64,000 nucleotides of DNA from Antedon mediterranea (lineage: Eukaryota > Animalia > Echinodermata). The stretch spans positions 23,932,001 through 23,996,000 of the forward strand of contig NC_092674.1 in NCBI RefSeq assembly GCF_964355755.1. Reading direction: 5' to 3'. The notes under the pieces were generated by a model, which had not been told where the DNA came from, made no database searches, and worked only from the letters and a program-made list of their open reading frames with translations. This document shows positions 38,701-50,700 of this stretch, piece by piece (the first letter of the stretch is position 1; every line of letters begins with the position of its first letter). A program made the translations under genes and the position numbers.

Positions 38701-41700
38701 CAAACTTGTTATTTATATAGTAATAATCCACCCGTTCCGGCATGCACGCTAGGCTTCTAGCCTAGGCCTACTCCTCGATCGATCGATGTCGCTGGTGGGG
38801 AATTTCCCAGCGATAAGAAATCGGCGAAATAGCTCATAAACGGCATACATTTTAATGTTATATCTTTAATGCCAGTGTAATTACGTATGGATAAAACAAT
38901 ATAAAACTCAATGTTTTTCATCTGAAATAATATGTTAACTCGCGTAATGTAGCATAAGACGGATTCGGAATAGTTATTTCGATTGTTTTTGGGTTTTAAA
39001 ATGGTAGCTAGCTAGAGCCTAGAAGTAGAAGCCCTATGCCTAGGCCTGTGCCTAAAAAAATGAGTAAATTCTATTGGGCAATACTATCATGTGTAAATAT
39101 TGTACATTATGTAATTAAGTTAAATTATTTTATATACTGGATAAACCTATGTAAAAATGTATGTGTAAATATTGTATATACTGTATATGTAACATATTTA
39201 GTTAATTAAGAGACGTAAACGACACGCGTGTTGATTTTCGATTCCCCGCACGTTGACTTTCGACGCCCCGACGAATTGAATGTGCTTCACGACAAAATCT
39301 CCTGCGAATGGACTTTCCCAAGTTGGGACCTCTGTAGTCAGAACGTCTCAAAATGTTGGTGCAAGATCTTTCATCTTTCATTATCAAGTTTTTATAGCAT
39401 GCGCGAAAACATTCATTAACTAAAAGTCAAGCAGCCTAGCTAGTCTAATACCCTGTATAGGCCTAATGTTTTACATTAACATTACGGAAAGTCATGTTTT
39501 GTGAAATATTTAACGGAAAAGAATTAAAATATTGCCCTGTATTTATTTATTGGAAAAAAGAACTTATTTGATTCTTACTTGGCCGATTTCCATATAAAGA
39601 CGGAGATAGAGGCCCATATAATCAATTTATCATACCCTAAAACTCATGATGAATATTCGTATCGCAAAAAAAAAAATCTTTTTTTAAAGTGATAAAAAGC
39701 ATTAAAAGGTGTGGGAGAGTAGGAAGCGAAGTAATGTTTTACTCTGGGGGTATGGGATGGAAGTGCTGCATTAGAGTATTGATTATTATTATATTATTTC
39801 AGATTTTGAAAATTCCATGTATACAACAAACAATACAATCGCAATAAAATAGGATTTTCTCCCATTTAATGAAGAGATTGTAACAAGATCATTTTTTACT
39901 ATTAAAAACTCTTATTCCAAAACCATAGACGCACTTGTCTTTCCTGAATTATTCAGTTTTATTCATGTACTATATATCTTTTGCTTTTAGGAGGTACCAC
40001 TGGTTTTAATACCAACACATCCACAAGTGGAGGACTGTTTGGTGCAAAAACAAACACAGGTTTCGGTGGTGGTGGTCTTGGTACTGGGTTTGGTAGTACT
40101 GGTACCAGTGGTTCACTCTTTAGTGGTCTTAACAAACAAACTGGCCTTGGTACAACTTTCAATACTGGTTCAAGTAAGTATATAAATTTGATTTTAGTTT
40201 ACACCCGATATAAAAGATAAAACCAATGTACAAAACAGGATGATAATTGTTTTTTAACTATCTTGGGCCAATATGCAAAACCCCTAAAAAATCCTATCTC
40301 TACTCAATTTCGGATGCAAAACGTAAATTTACTTTTCGCTACTGTAAATGGGGATGAATTTTTTTTACTTGAATTTCTATTTTGTTTAGATTTCAAAATC
40401 AAAACCAACAGCAAAATGAATCGCCAACAACAGGAGGGTTAAGGTTTATTTTTTACCCACTGTTGGAATGGTTACAATGTTGATACAGCAGTAATAATAT
40501 TATATTACCTTTTTTGTAGCTGGATTTTCTAGTGGCCTAAATACAGGAGGGGGACTAAATCTTGGAGGTGTAGGAGCAGCAATTGGAGGGTAAGAGAAAT
40601 TGTAAAATGTATGGCTGTCTGCAGATCTAGGCCTAGAATTTAGTTTACCGTTGTGAACTACCTTTAGATCAGGCATCTGATATAATGCCTAAATGAGGGT
40701 TACATTTTAAGTTATTTTTTTACTATAGGATTATACACACATCAGGTATAGAACAAATTCTAAACCGCCTGGTAATATACTGAAAATGTATTAATTAAAT
40801 TTGAAACGATAAAATAAGGAAATCTGTGAGAATGAGAAAAAGTCGCCCAAACCGAGATTTGAACCCGGACCTCCTGCTTAATATGCAGATGTCCTAACCA
40901 TTAGACCACTGGGGCTTATAGGATTATATTGATATGTAGTATGATTGTAAACCAGTAATTTTAACTTATGACAGTTTCGTCTAGCTACGTATCAATATAC
41001 TAATCGAAACCAGAGGAATATGTTTTGCTTTGATAAAGTTTTTAAAAAAAATTGTTTTTCTTAATTTCCAGTGCAAACGCAGACCATGCAGCACAAGTTC
41101 AACAAGTTCAATTAATGACACTTATCACGTCACCGTACGGTGACAATCCTTTGTTTCGCAACATGATACAGACAACAGGACAGCGTGATGAGATACTCAA
41201 GCCTACTAGTGCCGCTGCTCAAAAGGCTCTCATTTCATCACCATATAAGGTATGGTTATTATTTTATGTGAACTGGTAATTTATGCAAAATATGTGCTTC
41301 TTCAACATCCCATTTATAATAATGAATTATATTCCGCCGGTTTCCATCACAAATTAGGTGCTCTTTGACACAACAATGCTATGAATGAAATCATTTAGGG
41401 TTGTTGAAATAAGGATGATAGTTGATGGTAAAGCAAATTAACAAGGTCCACAATTAATGACTTAATGTTTATTATCGTTTTTGCAACTTACATTGTTATA
41501 CATTATACGAATTTGTTTATTCATCAAATCATAAAATAATATGTACAAGTATAAGTTTAATAAAAATAATCCTTGACCTCGACACAGGTTTTATGGTTGA
41601 TAGGTCCAGACGATTGACAGCACCTAAGTTGCTCGTAGGTCGTAAAACATGGGTGTTCCACTAAAATGAGAAATTAATTCCATTTAAATGAAATAATGAT

Positions 41701-44700
41701 GACTGCAAAGTAAACTGACTGTTTTTTAATGGCCTGTACAGTCAGCTACAGGATGGATAATGTAATACATTATGTATAAAATGCTCCATTTATTCTATTG
41801 AATTTCGTTTCAGGTGTCATCTCGTCCGAGCCCTAAGATCAGGCCCAAAGCTCTTCAGGGTCTTAGCACAAAGTCGCAGCTGTTTGAAGGCTTAGAAGAG
41901 GAAGACGCTGTGATAAGATCAGATTCATTTGTGCCTAGACGAAGTGTGAAAAAGCTGGTAATAAAGAAAAAATCTCCTGGAGTATGTAGTTCTTGCTTTA
42001 AACTTATTTTTACTATAAAATAAAGAAATTACAGTAGAACCTGATTTAACGTTTCCCTGGATTTTACATACGCTTAAAATAATCGATGACGTCATCATTT
42101 TTTTACATTAGAGGAGCAATTTAACAACAAACAAAGCCATGGCTGTGTGCGGAATTCTGCTCTTTGTGACAAGCTACACACATGCATTTCCCCTACAGCA
42201 GCGACTGTTTTTATTGATAGAAAATACAAGAACATTGATATTTTATTTAACATATATTAAACGCACAGGCTGTACATACTGTACTTTTCTAGTTAGGCCT
42301 CACCTCTTGCTAGGCCTGCTAGCCTGGCCTGAATAGTCTAGGCCAGGCCTAGCTAGTGACCACCTGCATGCTGTACAGTAAAGTAGGCAAACACGGTAGC
42401 CTTTATAACAACGATCTCTACGTATTTGAGGTCAATTTAAGGTCCATCTGGATTTTACAAATCCCATGTTTTACGTACGCCTTTCGGTGCCGTACCGTAC
42501 GTAAAATGAAGGTTCTACTGTAATTAATATTTGTTTAAAATATTTTGAGGAAGCTAAAATTTCACATCCAAGCAATTAATTTTATATCTATTCGCCGTTA
42601 CCTGTCCAATACACAGCTTACAATAGTGAATTATGTGAAATGGTGTACAATGCATGCTGAGCATACCATCTTTGACATTAAATAGCAATGACTTCTCTGT
42701 GACGTATAAAAAATGGCTGAGAATTTCCAGACACTGTGTAAAGCTCTGTCTACACTATCAAATTTTATGCGACAAAAAAATGTGATGTGTCCATATGTGG
42801 GCATGATGATGTCATACCACTACCAACCATATTTGGCCATATCACTACCATATTTGGTAACATCACACAGTGATATACCCAGAATATTATTGTCTTTTTT
42901 AGGCAACCTTTGTGATATCCATCTAATATTATTTGTTCTTTTTTTCCAGGGATCATTTAATTCGCTTGGCTTTAGGAGATCTGAGGATGACTTGGTTTCG
43001 CCATTACCTCTATTCCCAACGGAATCTGTTTCTCAAAGTGGAGACACTTCAATGTCACAAACAAGGTAATAATTTGATCAGATATTAATTTTCTTTTGTG
43101 ATAGACACAATACATTTCAATGAATGAATTGTCACAATAACAACAACAACCTGTACCATGTAGTTCCATCTACCAATTTATGTAAAGAAGACATGTATAT
43201 TATGAAATCACACCATATGACAGCCCTTTGTTGTAGTGTAGTGATCTTGTCGCATGAGTGTTTTCACTTAAAACTCTTTATTGCAACAAGATATAAGCAT
43301 TATTGAATTATATACAAATAACAATAAAATATACAACTTCACATTTCAAATATAAAATTACATTAAAATATAAACCAAGTTATCTTATATTATAATATAG
43401 ATAATCTTATATAAAGTATTTGAAAACATAAAACCAGCACTGTGAATCTTGTGTTTAAGTTATTAGATTTCATGAACTTGCATTACAATTATATAGGATT
43501 AATCATTTTTATGCTGACTTTAACTAAAATGCCTTACCACGTTGACACACCGGTTCTCGTCAGATCACCGAAGTTAAGCGACGTTGGGCCAGGTTAGAGC
43601 TTGGATGGGAGACCATCTGGGAATAGCGGGTGCTGTATGTGGAGCGGGGGTCCCATTAGGCATTTGAAATCAGCACTGCTGACTCTTATGGCAGTCCCTG
43701 CATCTAGTATCTGCCTCAGACGTATTGGCTCCTCTTCTCTGGTTAAGGTGGGCACTGGATGAGAGAAGTCAATGGTCAATGTTGGGACCAGCCACAGGTG
43801 CATTAAACAGTCCTGGCTTAGTCTTCATTCAGATGAATGTAGACTAATTTACATTGTTGATTACGACAGAAGTTGGCCATATATTATCAACTTAAATAGA
43901 TATATTATGATATGAAGCAAATAAATTGATGGCATCTCCCACAAGGCAATGCATATGCCAACTGAACAGTCAATGAAAGCCTGATGTTCTCAATAGCGAG
44001 GTGTGGTTTAACAAAGCAATTAACATGTACTGATTCTATCTAGTTTTGTGTATTGTTAATTTTTCCTTTATTATGTTGTACACTGTTTAATACAAGCAGG
44101 TATTGACATTCAATGGCACGAGGAGCAGTAATAAGATATTGAATTGAATACAGATTGAAAAGATTTAATATACAGTACTATTTAGGGGAAACTATTTTAT
44201 GCTAGCTGTGAATGAGGCTCTTAATATTAGTTGCATCATTTCTGTTGCTAATGTGATATATTGAAATCAGAAATACACTGCATATGGTTTTGGGAAATTA
44301 TTTATACATGTGATGTGGAGCTTGTTTGAAATTCAATTTGGTTGGCACACCTAATAGAATGTAATCACATAAGATATTATAGAAGTCTTAAGATTGAGTG
44401 AAAACCCAGGATAGACAGATTCTGTGTGGGACAAGCTACACGGTTTTCCACTCACCGTTATCGCTCGTCTTTAAATTTTTGATTAGATTATTTTGAGTGT
44501 TAGTTTCAGTTTAGGACACTTGGCTATCCAGGTGCGCATGTATTGAAGTACAAGTACTTTTTAAAATAAGGGATTTGTTGCAGTCAAATGTCTACAACAT
44601 GGGTGAATTTTAATGGAGCATCACAATAGCATCTTTGGTATAGATAACACAATGTATTGACTCGTTCAGTGAACCATGTCAATATATTGCTAAAGGTATT

Positions 44701-47700
44701 CATTGTATATAACTATACTTAAAAACCACAAGAAGAAAAAACCACAATTGGGTGCCATTGGTCTAGGGAATTTATATGGGTGCTGTTGTTAATATTTTGT
44801 CCTGTTCCACCTTCAGCTTTGTTTACACTACTTTATTTTTTTGCACTTTAAAAGAACCGGATCCTGTTGCTAAGACTCCTACATAACAAATATGACAATA
44901 CATTGTATACTGAAATAAAGCTTGAAATAGCCAGAAATAACTTTAATTTCCTTATGTACTGACCTAAAATCCAATTAAAGTATCTGAAATTTTCCCCAAA
45001 TAGAGAGGGGGGAAAGAAGGGTGGGTTGAGGGAGAAGGAACAGTGGAGAGAAAGGGGAAAAGAGGAGGTTGAAAAGAAGAAGGGTGGAGTTGAAGAGGGA
45101 AAAGGGAAGGGACAAAAGAATGGTGGAGGAAGAGTGGAAAGAGAGGTGGAAAGGGGAGATTGAAAAGAAGGCTGGAGGAAAGAGAGGAGAGAAAGGGGAG
45201 GGAGACAAGAAGGGTGGAGAGAGAGGGAAGAGTGGCGAGAAAGGGGAGGTTGAAAAGGAGGGTGAATTCTTGCCTCTTTAGTTAATTAAAAATACTTTTT
45301 ATGGTGACTTTCCATGTTAAGACATTATTAATTAAATTATCAAATCTTCACTACTTTTGGATATTTATGCTAATTGCCACGGACATGTTTCCATTGAAAT
45401 TGAATTTTTTCTTTCTATTTTGTATCAGTCATCCAATAGGAGATGGTCATGATGTATTGGTAACAAGCCCAGCACATGAAGCAAGTAGTAGTCAGGAACC
45501 AGTGTAAGTATTTTAAATAAAGTTTATTTTGTGATCATCAAGAAATGCTTTTTAGCATTTAGCCGGCTATAACTTGTGACGTGAAAGAAAGACAATGCTG
45601 GCTGCGTTTTTATGGAAACTGGCAACATGCATGCTTTCTGTCGAATCTTTAGAAATCCATTAAAAAGAATATACTTTTAATACTGCATTTGATTTTTTAA
45701 AGCAATGTTTATTCCTCCAACATTTTATAAATGACCTGGCCTTTGTAATTAATTTACTTTATTTAATTCAATTTCTGCCATATACAATACAAAGAAAAAA
45801 CAAATTGAAATATTAAAGGGCAAGGAAAGGCCAAGGAAAGGCCAAACAAACAGGTGCTAAACACCTATGCTAGTATGATAGTAAAATTACCGACAGTGGT
45901 AGCACTCGACATGAAGGGACCCTAGGGGAGTTGAAAGTTGTGGTATGTGTCTTCCACACCTGTGCGCAATTCAGCCCAGTAGGCTGCAAGTGACAGGTTA
46001 TTCCCCCATTTACATTTACAGTGTTTGGGCCTGTTTCTGCTGCAACTGCTCAAAATACGGTATAAAATACGGTATTTTTTATACCGTATTTTTTAGTACC
46101 CCGTTTCTGCTAACAATACTTCTTGGGTGGTCGTGTTAAATTTCATCTTTTTTACCCAAATTGCCATTCATTTATTTGATCGATAATTAAAAGTCGCAAT
46201 AAAGGAAGTTTTACGTCTCACTTTCAACAGCCTAGCCCTAGTGATAGAGATGTTGTGAGAGCACAGAAAACATCGTAATGGGGACAATTAATTCGTTCCC
46301 TCCCCGAGTTATTGTATTTTGCAATGTTGTACTGCTTTCGCAGGCTCTTCAGCTTTGAGTTTACTTGCTTTGGAGACAAGTTTATTCCATACTCCTGCTT
46401 TATTTTTCGCGCCGCGGCTCTAGCCAGCTATGTCCCAGGAGGACACATTCATTAATAAGCTGTTTCATAGCGGTAGCTTTAGTATCTAAGGCTGACAGTT
46501 TTGTGAATTTGGAAACTCGACTATAATTTATAGGTAGCTGCTGGACCCAAAAAACGTCTGGGAGAAGAGAGTCTATATGAAAGCCTTTGCTGATAATACA
46601 GTATTATTGAGATGTAGACGGAAATCTGTAAAATCTTGTTTAATAAATAATAACTTCGTTTTTGCTGTCAACCAGGCCTGTATTATAATAAGTCACTGTC
46701 AAATAATCATTCGATAATGGTCAAAACTTTATTTTGGCTCTGTCAACATAAAGGGAAGTATTTATCAATGACTTTCTTTTTTATGACTGTCAATCTAGGC
46801 CAATGTTATAATTCAAAATGAAAATCCAACCTCTCTAATCAAAAGATTGAACTCGAAAACGGACCGTTTTTTTGAATTGGGTATGTTGAAACATTTCAAT
46901 ATTCATTTAAAAAAGTACATTAATTATGGTATTGATCAGTGGCTATAGAGGCGTAAAAACCCTCGGTCTATATCATGTAAAATGCACTGTGGAAGGGTCA
47001 TTATTAAGACTGCAAAATTGGGCTTATCAACAAATAAATACTTTCGTTCAAAATGTAAAATCAAGGCTGAAAAATTGGGCTTATCAATAACAAAATATTT
47101 TATTATTAGACGCGATAACATCAAGGATAATCAGTATAATTATTAATATAGCCACTGTTACTAGTTTTATTCTACATGCTAAAGTAAATAAAAATCCACT
47201 AGAAAACAAGCAAGTCTGAATGTTATGCTTATTAGCCATTCTATGTTTGTTACTGTAGGCCTATGATTGTTTGCAATGTCCACATATTATTTCCGTGGGC
47301 ATATCCATAGTGTATCACTCACAAAAAAGACGTGTGAGGTTCTTTCTTTAGATTTTGAAGAATGATTTGTGTTACAGGTTCACACAAGAGTCAAATGCTC
47401 AAGATATCAGCTAACGCCATGGGACCCTTGGCTTATCAATGAATAATAAATACAGTACTACTTTCGTTCAATTGAAATCGGAATCTGACCGTTTCATTAA
47501 ATTGGGTGTGATTAGGCCTAAACATATAATAATTTATTAAAAAGGTACAATAAAAACAAATGCATCAGAGGCGTAAAGAACCCACGGTCAATATCATGTA
47601 AAATATATATGGTATAAGCACTGTGGAAGGGGTCATTATTATTAAACTGGAAAATTCGGCTTATCAACAAATAAATACTTTCATTTAAAATGTAAAATAA

Positions 47701-50700
47701 GAATGCAAAATTGGGCTTATCAACAAATAAATACTTTCGTTCAAAATGTAAAATAAGACTGCACAATTGGGCTTATCAACAAATAAAATACTTTTTTTCA
47801 AAATGTAAAATTAAGACTGGAAAATTGGGCTTATAAACAAATAAATACTTTTTTTCAAAATGTAAAATTAAGACTGGAAAATTGGGCTTATAAACAAATA
47901 AATACTTCCGTTCAAAATGTAAGAAAACATTTTTTAAATATAATCCTTAAGCTTTGTCTATACTATCAAACTAAATATGATGTGCCCATATTATATAGAC
48001 ATGACGATGTCATATCACTACGATATTCGGGCACATCACACTTTTTTTGTTAAACTAGTTGGGACAGTGTAGACACAGAACTATGTGATCGAAACATAAG
48101 TCGGAATTGGACTGACGCGATTGATTTAATTGGGTATTTTTATTAATGTAATGATTCATTAAAAACTATAATACCGATACGCGTTTGGTATTGATCAATG
48201 GTGCAAAAAACCCTGAGAAATAATGTTATAACGCGATTTGGTGATAGCTTAGCAATAATACAACCCATATACTATTATTATAAATACCTATTACAAATCC
48301 ATTCATATAACTTTTGATCACGAACCGAAAATGTATAAATGTTATTCTACAGACAGTAATTATATATTCAAAAGCCATATTATTATTATTATCAATACCT
48401 AAATGCGATAGTAATAACCACATACATTATTCCCAATACAAGTTTGTGCGTTTAATTCTAGAAAGAAACGACTGTGCTGACAGGCCAATGACATAAATCA
48501 CAAGTAAAGTCCCAATTGTTCACTTGCGTTTTGATTGGCCGACCTATTATATTAGATTAATGAAGACTGTTCTTACAACTGCCCAGTCAAAAATTTACGC
48601 GGCGTTTTTTGTAAGAAATATTTCTTGTTTAGAAATGTCTTTATAAATGTGGTTGTCCCTTTTATTACCTTTTAGTTGGTCAGACATTTTAGCTTCCCCA
48701 CACACATTTATTTAGTAAAACTGTGACGTCTTTGCTCCACATTTTCGCCGAATATATCTATACATGTGTGTAAAGCAGCTAACAGCTACAGAAAATAAAA
48801 ACACGAATGGTGACCTTTTGTCATGTAAAAAAAAAATACGGTATTTTTTATTGGCAGCAGAAACGGGTACAAAAAATACGGTATAAATTTGTAAATACCG
48901 TATTTTATCCACAAATTTTGTGGGGAAAATACGGTATACAAAATACGGTATATTTTTTATGAGCGCAGTTTCTGCTGCCAAAAATATACCGTATATATAC
49001 GGTATTCAAAAAATACCGTATAATATACGGTATTTAGTTGGCAGCAGAAACAGGGCCTTTGACATTATTTGAATAAAATAAATCCCTCCTTTGAGACAGC
49101 CTTAAGGGTCTTTCACACCTGTTCCGGCATGGTTCCTGTCCAGCGCCGGCAAATCCAATCGAACGCCAATGTTTCGTTTTTACGCGGCCACGCGCATATT
49201 GAATGGCACATAGCCGTGTGAAGCGTCATAAAAACTAAACATTGGCGTTCGATTTGCCAGACCGGAACCGTGCCAGAACAGGTGTGAAAGACCCCTTAGC
49301 ACTTTGTTGTACCCTGAAGTGAAGTGACCTCCATCCACCCATATAATTATGTTAAGTTAACTGTTTGAAGAGGGGAAAAATAAACAAAACGAAGTTTTCC
49401 CCTAGACAAAAGTTCTACTTAATTAAATTCAAATTGTAATTGATGAATTAATATTTTGTTTTATGAATAATAATTCATTAATACTTTTAAAAAGCTATTA
49501 AATATAATTTGACCCGACATAAGCACAGTTCTATGACATATTTTACCATTTCATTGAACAATAATTTAATAAAGAAACTCTACTATTTTCAAGGATTATA
49601 CAACTTTTACAGGTTTTTTAACTTCAGAATTTGTATTAAAAACCATGTAAATCTATAGCTACTGTCAAAAGTGTATATTCTGTTATTTTGACTTCCTGTT
49701 CATCATTAAATATAAAAGTGTATGGTAAGTGTGTTGGTTTGTTTGTTATACAAATTTTCCTACAGCACTCATCCATGATAGTATACACATCCGGGCACCA
49801 TAGATACTGTAAACAGGTTTCATTTTAATAACTTTTTGTTTCTATAGTATAGCAAATCATTTGGTGAATTTACAGTGGCTACAATTACTACCAAATGGTT
49901 TTGTACATAAAGCATATATTCTGTTTAATGTTGACTGTACAATTAAACATTATACAGAATCTTAAATAATTAAATATAACAAACTTGTACTGTACTACCA
50001 TTTTAATGTCGTGCATGATCGAACACCACCATTAGATTTACACTTGTTCCATTTCAACTGTTTTGTTTCTTTAAGCAAATTATTTTCAGGTAGTTGACAA
50101 TAAGTATAATAATAATGCTTGAAAAGAATTCTTTCAATTGTGTTTATCTAAATGCCATGCAATCATAACCTTTCGTATTTTGAACTTTTCAACATTGTTT
50201 GTGTGGTTTATTGTGGCACCCCACACTTACCATCTTTTGATTGCTTAATGTTAAGCTATTTATAGATACCGTTGTGCTGTAAGTGCGTTCCTATTCCACA
50301 ATGCTTTTTTAACCCGATTTCTTTTCAGAAAACCAGAATAAAAACACCGATGTTTAGTAGCATATATATTATTAGCAAATACAATATGTATGCTGTTCTT
50401 AATATGTTTTCATGGAATGACATAAATGATAATTGTGACGATTTATTTACTTAATATTTACATTTTTTTTTTTTAATGTGTTCAAATGACGCAGTGTAAT
50501 TCTGGATATATATATAAAATTTAAAAGCTTAGAAATGTATATTTCCATATATATATTAATTAAAACTATTATAATTTAAATTCAGAAATGGACACAAACA
50601 AATAATGCATTGTAATATACTGTACTTTAAAACATTTAAAATATTTAAAATTTGCTATTCCTTCCATATTGCATTACAAACAATTAACATTTAAATTAAA

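Noticed and set aside
43531-43637. Functional 5S rRNA gene
   Set aside because: Damaged 5' end, substitutions in conserved positions, no T-run terminator and not in an array.
44975-45281. K/E/G-rich and F/S/P/L-rich ORFs
   Set aside because: By-products of the polypurine tract; NUP98 exons join in phase without them.
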